A DNA stretch of 64,000 bases from Octopus sinensis (lineage: Eukaryota). Of the stretch, positions 49,784 to 62,131 are shown piece after piece. Each line of letters starts with the position of its first letter. Position 1 is the first letter of the stretch. The position numbers were made by a program, and so were the translations under genes. The DNA lies in assembly GCF_006345805.1 (NCBI RefSeq), contig NC_043013.1, positions 57,102,001 to 57,166,000 on the forward strand, written 5' to 3'. The notes beneath the pieces are model-generated. The model was not told the origin of the DNA. It did no database searches and saw only the letters and a program-made list of their open reading frames with translations.

Positions 49784-52774
49784 TATATTCTCACCTCCAC
49801 TACTTCTATAACTTGATATTTCATTTGGACAACAGGAACCGTGTAGTTATCCACCAAAGTAGGAAATTAACCTTATTTCATGTGTGTCCACGAACCTTGA
49901 CTCTCTAATGTCTTATTTCTGTATGTCCAGTTTAATTGAATTACAGCTACCCTGTCAGGCAGGCAGGGATTTTGTATTTGCTAATTGTATATGTCCTTCG
50001 TTGCAATACTAAGGTTATTTGTTGACAGCATTCAGAATAAATATTTGATCTGTGAATATTTTAATGCGGCGGGTCTTGCAAGAGTAACCAAAGTTGACTT
50101 CTTTTTTCGCAGAAACTCAGAAACTCTGCAAGTGGTCACGCATGTATTCCTCTCCCAACGAAACCATTACAAACAGAGATCCTCGTTTATAGTTTTAGTG
50201 GACCAATTGATAGCATTGAGTTTAGATTGCTCTCCTCTCTGCTACATTGCTAGTCAGGCGAGGAAGCAGTATTTATGACCCATTACAAGCCCTCCAAGAC
50301 TAGTAAGAGGGAGAAAGAGACCTTATCAAATGTTTGCCACAAAGTGGAATCTGCTAAATCCCACCAAGATCTGATGATGATATCAAACTGGGTGGCGGAT
50401 CGGGCCTGGCAAACAACTAGGTCACAGTATAATGTGAATCCAAAGCACAAAGCCGAAACAGACCCGCCTTAATCATTCCGTCAGTCCACCGTTCTAAACG
50501 GGTACATTATTCATCGACTCAGGATTGGTGCAATGGTAAGTTGGCTTCAGCAGAGTTTGAACTCCGGACGTATTGAAATCAACACCGGAAGGCATTTCAT
50601 TTGACACTCTCAACCTTCTACCAATTCTATACCATACTGGCTTTTATTTCTTTTCTGCCGAGTCCATTCCCACCGGTTTAAATAATTTTCCAGAGTTCCT
50701 CTTCGAGATTTTGCTTTCAAAACCAAATCGTTACAATTAAAGTGATTTTCCTTTTTCTCTTCTCTCAATTTTTTTATTTTCCCTCTTTTTTCTTTCCCGA
50801 TTCCTTCATGAATTTATTCCTTCGCTTTATCCTTTTTTTCCATTTGACGTTTTACGTTTTTGTCTTTCATTATTTTCTGTAGATGTTCCTGTCTTTTAGT
50901 TTTTCCTTTTAAACTTCCTTTTTTCTAAAATTTCATATTTTTTATTCAATATAAATTACGAACAGCTTAATTTACTCACATAATGAGACAAAAATGTCAA
51001 AATAAATAAATAAATGAATGTTTTTTTTTACTTTATCAAGTTAAGAAGAAATATAAGAAATATCTGAAGTTTATTTAGACACAACTCTTCTTTAGAGATA
51101 GTAATTTTATCTTTTGAGACACAATGCCTCAATCTTAAAATATTTTCTTCAGAGTATAAATTTAACAACCTTCCTTAAGTTAATTTTTTAGTATTTTTAC
51201 GAAATTAACTCCTGCTGTCTGATGACATTTTGAATTTTACTGTTTTATTAATTATATTTATATATTTTCATCAAGGTAAACATAGAAAATGGTTCACAGC
51301 TAGAACCATTTCAGTTGGCAACCAAACAAAAATCTACCCATTTAGAAATTCATCTCTCGTTCTATAATTTAGAGACAGCTATTAATTTTTCATCAAAATC
51401 AGTCTACTGGAATTTTCTTTGATTTCAATATTGTTGTTGTTGTCGATTATGGTGTTGGTGGTAGTGGTGGCGGTTCTGTTATTTGTCGTGGATGCACACG
51501 ATTTTACCAACAAAGTGTCTCAGATTATTTCAGCATCCACCCATTATTTGAAATGAAAAGAAAGGCTTGTCTTTCGAATTTTATTCTGTAAGTATATTTT
51601 TGCAAGCAACAACTTTGCAGTTTTTATTAGGAGCGTGATACAACCATCTGTGTAGTGGTAGTAGGAGGTGCCATTCACAAGGACCGCGGTGGCACATAAG
51701 CATTTCTCTTTGCAGACAAAGACACAAATGAAAGAGAAAAACAGAAAGCGTATCTCAATGAACAGTTATGGGCAGAAATACTTTATAATTTGCGAAGCAC
51801 AAAAGGAAAACATGGTAAAACACAAAATATAACAACAAAAGTTCCATCAACAACAATCCCTTTTGCTAGCCTAAAAGATACTTGATGCATATCAATCCCA
51901 GAGAAAAGAGAAAAAGCGTGGTCACAAAAGCGAATACTTCCTTGCCCGAAGAATTTGCAGAGAACGAAAGAAAGTGACGCATCCCAATTTTCTCCTTTCA
52001 AAAGATGGTGGAAATTTCCATTTGCCAATAAAATAGCAGTTCTAGGAGCTCTGACTGTAGCAGAACAAATGCTCGTTTGAAAAAAAGCAAAAGGTATAAA
52101 AGCCAATACTTATTATTTTAATCTAATGATGAGTCGAGAAAGAAATAAACTGCTTATTCTCAACAGGCTTGTCCACTGGATTGTGCTGGTGTACATGGAG
52201 AGGAGAAAAAAAGAGTAAGAGGAAGATCGATTGATGGAAACAGGGATTTGTAGCTTCTAGTCAGCTTTGCAGCATATTAGTAGCATAATGTGAAACAACG
52301 TGGTCAAGTGAGGCTCGCAAACATATCCAGGCATTTGTGATCTCCGGGAGCCCATAAAGCTAGTCTGAAGTTTAACTCTATTGTTTGTAATTGGTGGCAA
52401 ACTGGACTAGGATTGCAGGGTAGAAGATTCACCCAATTTATGCCAGCCAGAGATACAAATGTAATTATTAGCCAAACAGAAACAAAAATTAAGGCAAGGA
52501 TGAGGTAGATTAAAATAGATATAACAATCACTTTTATCCCTTTCATTGTTTTTTCTAGTGAGAAAATGTCACCCTGGTGCAACTTCTCTGCTATTGTCAT
52601 GAAAATTCCCGCGATCTCTGGAGAGAGAAAAACAGGGACTGTCACTTTCCTTTTTGCGCTTTCAATTTTCTCGGACGAGGAAGTAAGTTTTTGTTATGTA
52701 AATCTGTTTTTTTTTTAAATCTGGAATTGACCAGCATCAAATAACCAGAATAGAAGTGGGTATATATATATGTG

Positions 52775-53150
52775 TGTATGTTTGTCCCCCACCATCACTT
52801 GACAACCGATGTTGGTGTGTTTATGTCCCTGTAAGCTATCGGTTCGGCAAAAGAGACCGATAGAATAAGTACTAGGCTTACAAAGAATAAGTCCTGGGGT
52901 CGATTTGTCCGACTAAAGGTGGTGCTCCAGCATGGCCACAGCCAAATGACAAACAAATAAAATATCTGTGTGTGTGTCTATCTATCTATGAAAGGTTTAC
53001 GTCCCCGTAACTTAGAATTTCGGCAACTGAACTGACAAAATAAGTACCAGATTTTTTTTAAAATAAGTTATTCGACTAAAATTTCTCCAAGGCAATGCCC
53101 CAGCATGGCCACAGTCTAATAATTAAAGAAGTAAAAGATGAAAGATAAAA
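52775..53150 (+). mobile_element. Two tandem SINE 3' halves
   Basis: ..gatagaataagtact..ggtgctccagcatggccacag and ..caatgccccagcatggccacagtc. Confidence 0.75.
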
Positions 53151-53857
53151 TATATCATACACATTATATTATTTATATTATCATATATATATGTTATATA
53201 TATTATATTATCCAATCTATATTATATTAAAATATTGAGAAAGGTTTTTAAGGTTTTTTTCCATCATAAAGGTAGAAGACACGGTAGGATTTTTTTCAAT
53301 TATTTAATTATTCATCGATTGCACAATGAAAGTGATTCTTTTTTTTAAATTTTTTTTTATTTTCTCCGCTCCTATATTCTCAGAATATTTTTTTATTTAT
53401 CTCAATTGTTTGTTTATTTTGTTTCTTTTTCTGTCACTTTATTTATTTACTGTTAACTGTTGATATTTTTGTTGTCGATATTCTTGTTCACATTTTTTGT
53501 TGCAATCGCTCAGTGGAAGTTTCGAAAGATTTTATTAATTTGAGTAATTAGAACAAAAAATAAATGAATGATTAACGGAAAAGGGCATCGTCATTATTTT
53601 TATTATTGATGTTGTTAGTGTTGTTAAATTGGGCTCTCAGCTTCTTAATTAAAAATTCTCATTCGAGTTTTAACCCTTTCAAGTTTAGGATTATTAATCT
53701 CATTCTTTCTTATCAGCACTCCATAGGCAAAGTAGTAGTAGTAGTAGTAATAGTAGTAGTAACAATAATAATAATAATGATAATAATAATAATGATAATA
53801 ATAATAATAATGATGATAATAATAGTAATAATGATGATGATGATGATAATAATAATA

Positions 53858-53888
53858 TTTTGTGGCACTTCTTCAAGTTCTTTACATT
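53858..53888. repeat. Left arm of a 31 bp perfect inverted repeat (partner 55365-55395)
   Basis: ttttgtggcacttcttcaagttctttacatt versus aatgtaaagaacttgaagaagtgccacaaaa. Confidence 0.9.
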
Positions 53889-53892
53889 CTAC

Positions 53893-53945
<53 letters not shown>

Positions 53946-55198
53946 GTCATTTACTTTTAATCTGCATGTTTGATGCAATCACTTGCCGGGGCACACCCAG
54001 CGCCCTAAGGCAAGTGAAGGTTAAGAGTTGTTGAAATATAGCTGAAAGCTTGGGGAGTGGAAGTAGAGAAATATCTCCATGTAATACAAACACAAACATT
54101 TACATTGATAGGGTTTTTCTAAGGATTTGGGCAGTACTTGTTAGCACAATCTTTTGGATTTCCTTGAGACATGGTTCTCCAGGGATATTGTCTAGGTGTT
54201 TCTGACATACCTTTTTTATCATACCTAGGGCACCTACAATAACAGGAACAGTTTTTGTTTTAAGATTCCACATCTTTTGTATTTCGATTTCCAGGTCCTT
54301 ATATTTACTAAGTTTGTCAAATTCCTTTACAGATACATTTTTATCAGTGGGGACGCTTACCTCTATTAGTCTGCAGGTATTTTCTTCTCTTTCTTTAACA
54401 ATTATGTCTGGTCGATTAGCCTTGATCGTTCTGTCAGTGTTGACTGGAAAATCCCAGAGGATGGTGACATCCTTACCTTCAACAACTGGCTGAGGATGGT
54501 GTTCAGACCAGTTAGCAGGAGTGTCGAATTTGTAGTGTTTACATATATTCCAATGTATATACTGTCCTACCCTATCGTGGCGATTTTTGTATTCGTTTGG
54601 TCTCAGCACAGGACATCCCGAAACGAGATGGTCTATTGTTTCGTCAAATGTGTCGCAGAATCTGCATTTAGGGTCAGTACCATTTCGGAGAACGTTAGCC
54701 TGGTAATTTCTGGTAAACAAGCTTTGATCTTGTGCTGCCATTATGAAGCCTTCAGTCTCTGCTTTCAATCCTGAACTCTTCAGCCGCTGATGGGTTGTTG
54801 CTTGGTCTACATCAGCATTTTGGCTTCGGAGAATATATTGTCCATGCAGGCGCTTCTGGCTCCACTGCCTCTCAATTTGATTCTGCCCGTTCTTTTTTGC
54901 AGTCTGCTTGATTTGCTTTGCTTGCTTGGTAGCAGTGGTTTCTGGCTCTTCATCTGATTCAAGGTTAATGTCTAGGCTTCCTTGAGAATAGAATGCAGCT
55001 TTTTGCTGCTTTCGTGTTCGCACACAAGTCGCAGCATCCAGTCCTTTGTATTAGATAGGTACCTGTTCATTCCTACAGTGGAGGTCTTATAGCACAGCTC
55101 TAATTGCATCATTCCTCTCCCCCCGCTGCTTCTAGGTAGGTACAGGCGGTCTACATCTGCCTTAGGGTGGTGCATGTTCTTGGATGTCAGTAATGTTC

Positions 55199-55200
<2 letters not shown>
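53946..55200 (-). mobile_element. 5'-truncated R4/Dong-clade non-LTR retrotransposon (thumb, CCHC knuckle, RLE endonuclease, 3' UTR) embedded in (TAA)n
   Basis: HHPKADVDRLYLPRSSGGRG, (frameshift), LKAETEGFIMAAQDQ, CRFC..ETIDHLVSGC, RPDIIV..IEVSVP..K..KY; TAA tracts on both sides. Confidence 0.93.
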
Positions 55201-55254
<54 letters not shown>

Positions 55255-55295
55255 CATCATCATCATTATTATTAGTAATAATAATGATGATGATA

Positions 55296-55345
<50 letters not shown>

Positions 55346-55364
55346 TAATAATAATAAAAAGAAA

Positions 55365-55395
55365 AATGTAAAGAACTTGAAGAAGTGCCACAAAA
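55365..55395. repeat. Right arm of the 31 bp inverted repeat
   Basis: Reverse complement of 53858-53888. Confidence 0.9.
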
Positions 55396-55490
55396 AATCG
55401 AAAAATACTGAGCGTTACCCCAGAAATGGTTTTAGGCAGTACATACATACATACATATATATATATATTATATATATATATATATATAGA

Positions 55491-55589
<99 letters not shown>

Positions 55590-55856
55590 TAATAAAGGGT
55601 AAAATGAATAAAAATTTTACCAGGAGCTAGTCCGGAAATAAAAACCTTATAGGCAAATTTTACAACTTATTTTATAATTATAACAAGCGGTCGGCTATGT
55701 TGCTCACTACGCACCGTAAGAAACAGACGCTAAAGTCCTTTTTACTATCTTAAAATCTCCGAGAATAACACACTTTATTGTAGGCAAGCAAAAGAAAAAT
55801 AAAGAATCAGTAAGGCTGGCTAACTATATACGCATTTCGAACTTAAAGTAAAAAAT

Positions 55857-55929
55857 AATTTTGCTTACTCGTTAATAATAGTATTCCGTATAAAATTTTG
55901 CTTACTCGTTAATAATAGTATTCCGTATA
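55857..55929 (+). repeat. 37 bp tandem duplication
   Basis: aattttgcttactcgttaataatagtattccgtata(a) twice. Confidence 0.9.
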
Positions 55930-55936
55930 AGTTCCC

Positions 55937-56405
55937 GAGTGTTTTGATATAAAAGATTGGCTACAGCAAATATTTTGCTCAATATCACAGATCTGCTTGT
56001 CTGTTGTTTGACCTTAATCTTGGTGGCTGACAATATGTGCACCTCTGATCATAAGCAGAAGTAGTAGGAAAGAACCATATCCATGTGTTGAGAGGAATTC
56101 TTTGAGGTTTGGAGAATTCACCTTTGGAAACATGGGTGTTCCGTTCAAAATCCCTGAATAACTCTTATTCAGGGATATTTTGAGTGGGATGGGCTACTCG
56201 ACCTTAAGAAAATTCTAACTGGGCCCCACCTGCAAGGTCATGTGCTGTTTATATTGATATGAAATCACCATGTCGTGCACATATGGTTGTGATGAATGTG
56301 TCTCGTGTAGCCTTATCAGAGGGATAGTCATGATGGGTATATTGGGCTTCGTATATTTTACCCCATTGTCATTTTGATGTCATGCACTACTCTCTTACTC
56401 AATAA
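55937..56405 (+). repeat. Second copy of the 706-1190 repeat
   Basis: Collinear match. Confidence 0.75.
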
Positions 56406-56414
56406 TATTAATTG

Positions 56415-56635
56415 TAATCCTTTCTACTGAAGGCAGAAAGCATTGAAATTTTGTAGGAGGGGCTAGTCGATTACATTGACTGTAGTGTTTCACTGGTTCT
56501 TGATTTATCGACCCCGAAAAGATGAAAGGCAAAGTCGACCTCGGCGGAATTTGGACTCAAACCTGAGCGGTGGGCTAAATACTGCTAAGCATTTTATCTA
56601 GCATGCAAATGATTCTGCCAACTTGCCGCCTTAAA
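56415..56635 (-). mobile_element. tRNA-derived SINE (40918 family)
   Basis: tttatcgaccccgaaaagatgaaaggcaaagtcgacctcggcggaatt is the reverse complement of the family core. Confidence 0.8.
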
Positions 56636-56670
56636 TAATAAGACGAAGAAGACAACGAATAATAATAATC

Positions 56671-56722
<52 letters not shown>

Positions 56723-57153
56723 CAATGATGGTGATTACAACAAGATTGAATAAAAGAGAATATCTTCAGAACGTAATAGAATGGTAGTGGCTGAGAATTC
56801 TGGGATTGTACTTGCAGAGATAATTCTCAGCAGTTGGCAAATAACTTTGAAGCATAGACCACAAAAATAAATAACAGATCAAAAATTTTAAAAAATTAAA
56901 GAAACGGATGTAAGAAAGTAAAAAGAAAACTTCAATTTCCATCAAAGACAAATTCCCGAAGAAAACAGAACTGCCAAAATTATAAGAAGATAGAAAATAC
57001 CAGAATTATGATGAATATACAACGATGGTGTTATTGTAAACAACAAAAGGAAAGATTGAAAGTTTTGTTCTTTTATCCCGTCACGTCTCCATCTTGCTCG
57101 CCCTCTTCCTTACATCTTTCCTTGCTTTTTATAACAGCCTTTATTACATGTAT

Positions 57154-57194
<41 letters not shown>

Positions 57195-57379
57195 GACACA
57201 CATACACACACATACACATACGCATTCATATGCTGACACGCAAGTACACATAGACACACTTAAGAATGCACTTTCGTGCAAATACATACACTGGATACAC
57301 AGATATATGCATGCACTCACTTATGCCTATCAAGCGCATACAAACACAGACTCGCTCTCTTATATTCACACGTATACAC

Positions 57380-57541
57380 CTACTGGCGTGGCTGTATGGT
57401 AAGGAGTTCTCTTCCTAACCACACGGTTCCGGATTCAGTCTCATTATGTGGCACATTAGGCAAGTGTCGTCTACCATAGACTTGGGCCGACCAAAGCCGT
57501 GTAAGTGGATCTCGTAGACGGAAACTGAAAGAAGCCCATTC

Positions 57542-57545
<4 letters not shown>
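57380..57545 (+). mobile_element. SINE 5' half (16867 family)
   Basis: ggcgtggctgtatggtaag..ggccgaccaaagcc..gacggaaactgaaagaagccc. Confidence 0.8.
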
Positions 57546-57624
<79 letters not shown>

Positions 57625-58014
57625 TGTGTGTCTGTGTGTGTCTCTAGATAGATATATAAAGATAGATAGACGGATAGATAGAGTGAGAGAGAGGCAATAA
57701 GGCGTATAAACAAATTAAATACATTAAATATATATGTATACATGCAAAACGAAAGAACGCAAAAGGTGGAGACATGCAGACGATGACTATTTAAATATAA
57801 ATATGTAGAAGTTTATATTAATAGGTCCAACTTACACCGAGTACAGAGAGAATTAAAGCGGTGGAAGAAAAGTGTTTTGAGTCTAACGGTTGTTACCGAG
57901 GACTAGGAAATCGATAATAATGTTCGTAAATGTAGTTCATCATGATATGCGGCCGTGGCTCTCATCTGTGGACTATATATAGTTGAAATTTACAAAAAAA
58001 ACAAAACAAAACAA

Positions 58015-58160
58015 AAGACGAAGACGTGTGTGTAAACAACAAACAGATGTAATAGTTTAATGCTCGGGAAGTGAGAACGTCTTTTCCGTTTCGAGCCTAT
58101 GCTCTTCAACAGAAAGGAATACAGAAATAATGAGCAGACAGAGAAAATAAAAAAGGTTTA
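58015..58160 (-). mobile_element. Second copy of the 25385-25530 element; HHR-like motif at 58081-58116
   Basis: CUUU CUGUUGA A GAGC-AUAG-GCUC GAAAC GGA AAAG; cleavage triplet mutated. Confidence 0.7.
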
Positions 58161-58324
58161 GTGGCTTTTATATATAAGTGTGTATAAGTATTTATACACA
58201 GAGAGATGACCCTTGACAGGACGCCTTACATGCTAGAAGGGGCAGCCAAACCCAAACCTTTATTACGTATGCTAGCCACTAGTATGAAAACTTTTCTATA
58301 TTTTCTACCCTTATAATTTTCACA

Positions 58325-58394
<70 letters not shown>

Positions 58395-58600
58395 GGCGTA
58401 TGCCTGTGAGTTTGTGTTTGTCTTCCAGCAGCGCTTAACAAACTTAGTGGTTCATCGAAAGAGTCCAATAAAATAAGTACCTGGCGTAACGAAATAAGTA
58501 ACAGGGTTTATTCATTCGTTTGCTAAAGTCCGTCAAGGGAATGCTCCAGCATGGCCGCAGTCTAATGACCGAAAACCGTAAAAGTATAAAGAACAAAAGA
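58395..58600 (+). mobile_element. Diverged SINE 3' half
   Basis: ..aataaaataagtacc..gaatgctccagcatggccgcagtctaatgac. Confidence 0.65.
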
Positions 58601-58850
58601 ATACTCGCAAACACCGTCACAATCAAACTTACAAACGCGCACACATACACAATGCCTTCTCACACTGAACGCACCCACATTCACCCTCACACACATCCTC
58701 AAACACCAATTGTCTTTTCACTCCCTCTCTCTCTAAAACCCTTTCTCTTTTCCTCTCCGGTATATTATAATTCTATATATTTACCTCTCTTCCACTACAC
58801 TATATATTACTCCCAACGCCACCACCACCACCATTACCACTTCCTTTGCC

Positions 58851-58889
<39 letters not shown>

Positions 58890-60029
58890 TCTCACTATCC
58901 TTCCTTGCCCCTCCCTCTCCACTACATCATAATTCTCCACACTCGCCTCTTCACTCATCTCCAAATAAATTTTATTTTTGTGTTTTCTGTAAATATTTCG
59001 CACTTTACAGACATCAAGGTTAAAATGTTTACTTTGAAAGACCAAGAAAAGAAAAGAACAAACACTATGTGGATACTTGGTGTGCAAGAAATAACAACCA
59101 AACCCCCTTCAAGCTACACCAAATAAGCGAAAGCAATAAAGAACACATTACAATAATGTATAGTATTGGATGGGTTAGATAGTTCGATGCGGGGGGGGGG
59201 TCTTTGACCCGAGATCAGCTATGAGGAAACCGACCTAGAGTCTAAATGCTACGAATTCATTTCAATAGAAAATAACTGTTACGGTGGAGTCCATGAATGT
59301 GATCGTTTGATTTCCTGAAAATAGCTGCTTAATTGCCCTCAAAATCACAAAATCGCGTCTTAGAAGAAAAGGAAGGTCACATTGGATAATGTAGTCGTTC
59401 GATATTGAAATAAGACTGGTTGACCATGGCTGGAAACATCTTTCAGTATTGTTCTTCCTGAACAGGAGTAAACTGTGGGTAAACACCACCACAGCTGCCA
59501 CCATCACAACCACCAGCAACACTACCACACCATTACTACCACCACAACCACCACCGCTGCCACCGCCGCCACTACCACCGTTAACGAGAATAGCAACAAT
59601 ATCAAGAATAAGAAGAACTTGAATGCTATTTATCTGACCCAGGGTCTAACTACGGTCATCAATCTACTTGAAACCATTCTACACACCTTCATTGGCTTCA
59701 CACCTGTAAACACAATAAATGGGAAATTTCGGGGTGTAACATGAAAGTTTAATTAATACTTGCCTACCATGGGTGAGGCCATAAGTAGCAAGGTGCCTCC
59801 TCCCATCACTGACGCCCCTCCATTATGCTCACATTGCATCGGTCCCTACCATCACACCATATACAGCAATTGGGCATTTAAATATTGAATGAGTGGGGAT
59901 TGTGTTCACACGCACACTGTTAAATAAACTAATTAATGAACGACCACACCCATAGACAAGTATGCTAGAAATAATAGCCAACTCTTCCTTAAATGATGCT
60001 CTCATACCTTAGAAATAGTGTGCATTGAA

Positions 60030-60360
60030 AGCTATGGGGTAAATACACCCTTCAGTCGTGAATGACCGTGGGATTGCACCTAGGAAGTTACCCTCCAAGG
60101 CACAAGCCTAGGCAAGGTTGTTTTATGGAAGACCAGCAGTCACCCATGCATAGAAACCTCCCCCTCTCTACGCCATTGATGTTATCCAAGGTAAAGGCAA
60201 ATCCGATACAACTTAGCACCAGTGACGTCACAACTCATTTCTATAGCTGAATGAACTGGAGCAACATGAAATAAAGTGTCTTGCTCAAGAGTACAGCTCA
60301 ACACGCGAAATCATTACCTCATGATTGTAAACCCGACGCTCAAACCAGTTAGTCCAAGGC
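60030..60360 (-). mobile_element. Decayed SINE of a further family
   Basis: gaactggagcaacatgaaataaagtgtcttgctcaag is the reverse complement of a ccttgagcaagacactt-type SINE domain. Confidence 0.5.
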
Positions 60361-61913
60361 AATGAAAACTTTGGTGAAATACACAGATGGAACGCTTTTG
60401 ATCATAGGGCCGCTTAGGTCTGACCTGAGATTAAACAATGTAAGAGTTTCTATATAGTTACTGAGCCCGCCAGGAATAACAACCAAATCTCCCTCAAATC
60501 ACATCCTAGTTTCTTGAAAATAAAACGCGATATAATGGTGAATGTCGTTTTATAATGAGAAGATGGATAGGGTGTCTTTGATTGGGTTCCCTATGTCGGG
60601 TATGACCAGGGAGAAGCAAGAAAAGAAAAAGAGTTTCAGTTTGAAATTGGGAACGTAAATAAAGGTAAATGTTTTCCTAGAACAGAAACCAGGGATGTGG
60701 AACCAATTCCTCACCGACAATCCCGCTAGCACCGTCAACGCCGTCGCCACAACTACCAGCACCACAGCCGCCGCCGCCGCCGCCACTAGACTTAGATCAG
60801 CATTCAATATAAAATGGAAATTTTTTATCAATTCAAATTTATATTACATTTTTTCTCTTTCATTTTATTTCAATTTTAGTTTAAATTTCAATTTCAGATT
60901 CTGAAAATTAAAAAAAAAATATTTTGACGTTTTATAGAAAAAAACTCTTAGTTTTAGTAATTAGAAATTTTAAAGGGAGAATAGCAAAACAAAATAAAAC
61001 TGAAAATATAGCAGAACATCGATTCCTATTGCAACATTACGAAAAGTTACCCTCCCCTCGCCAAATATCATCTGGTACCCATCAATATTCTGTCTCCAGC
61101 CAGTGTTATGCATAATGTTATGGCTTCAACAAGGCTTTTGTTTAACACAATGGTAAGATGATGGAATTAATGTTCATCTATTATCCTTTAGTTAGAGAAT
61201 GGACTCTGCTAAAGGCATTGAAGGTGTCAGGTAATTGTGTTAAACGAGGCAACGGGTTAAAATGCTCATCCATGTTGATTATTCCTGTCTTGAACTGATA
61301 AACTTAATACACTTACCTGGTTCCGATACCTTCTCTCTTGTAAAGTACTAGGCTTGGTATCTGCTTAAGTGAAATGTCTTCTTACCAATATTGAGATCCA
61401 CAAAAACACCAAGCTCTCTGATTGAGCCTTACCATAAAAGCCATTTTGCCTTAGTCTCTGGTATGAGTTTTAACCCATATCCTCATAAGCGTCACTCCAT
61501 CCCTCACATAGACCCCATAAAGCCATTTCGCACATTGTCCTTTTCCTTCCTCCAACGTGCACCACAATATCCTCCCATTTCTCGTTCGTCTCCTTATTAG
61601 CTCCTCCTTAGAATTTCCTTTCAGTGATCGGCAACATATTGAATATTTCTAGTGGGTCGCTCTGTGGATGGTCCCAGCTTCAAAGATTCCCTTCGCTGAA
61701 TTCTTCTCACAGCACATTTCAACTAATGCCAAAACTCGAACAAACTGACAGACACCGAACATCGGAAGCCTAAGATACTGCTGTTATGGTGGTGACAATT
61801 GTTTACAACTATCACGCGATGTCAAGGCAGTGAGGCAGACACATACACCCGCGCACACGTATATACATATACACGCACACATATATATACACACGCACAC
61901 ACTTCATACGTAC

Positions 61914-61944
<31 letters not shown>

Positions 61945-61969
61945 CAAGTGTATCTGCGAGTGTGTGGAT

Positions 61970-62131
61970 AAGTATTTATTCCAGTTTCTGTCAGCATAAT
62001 CCACTCACAAGCTGGCCTGGGGATATACCTAAAGACATTTGCCCAAGGTGCCATGCAGTAGATCTGAACCCGACAACGTGTGGTTTACAAATCAGAAACC
62101 ATGTTTTTAATCACACGATATGACTGCGTCT
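61970..62131 (-). mobile_element. Diverged SINE 5' half (16867 family)
   Basis: aatccactcacaag..gacatttgcccaaggtgccatgcag..aatcacacgatatgactgcgtcta. Confidence 0.65.

Noticed and set aside
51883-51885. In-frame TGA as selenocysteine
   Set aside because: No SECIS-like element identified, and a splice donor precedes the TGA.
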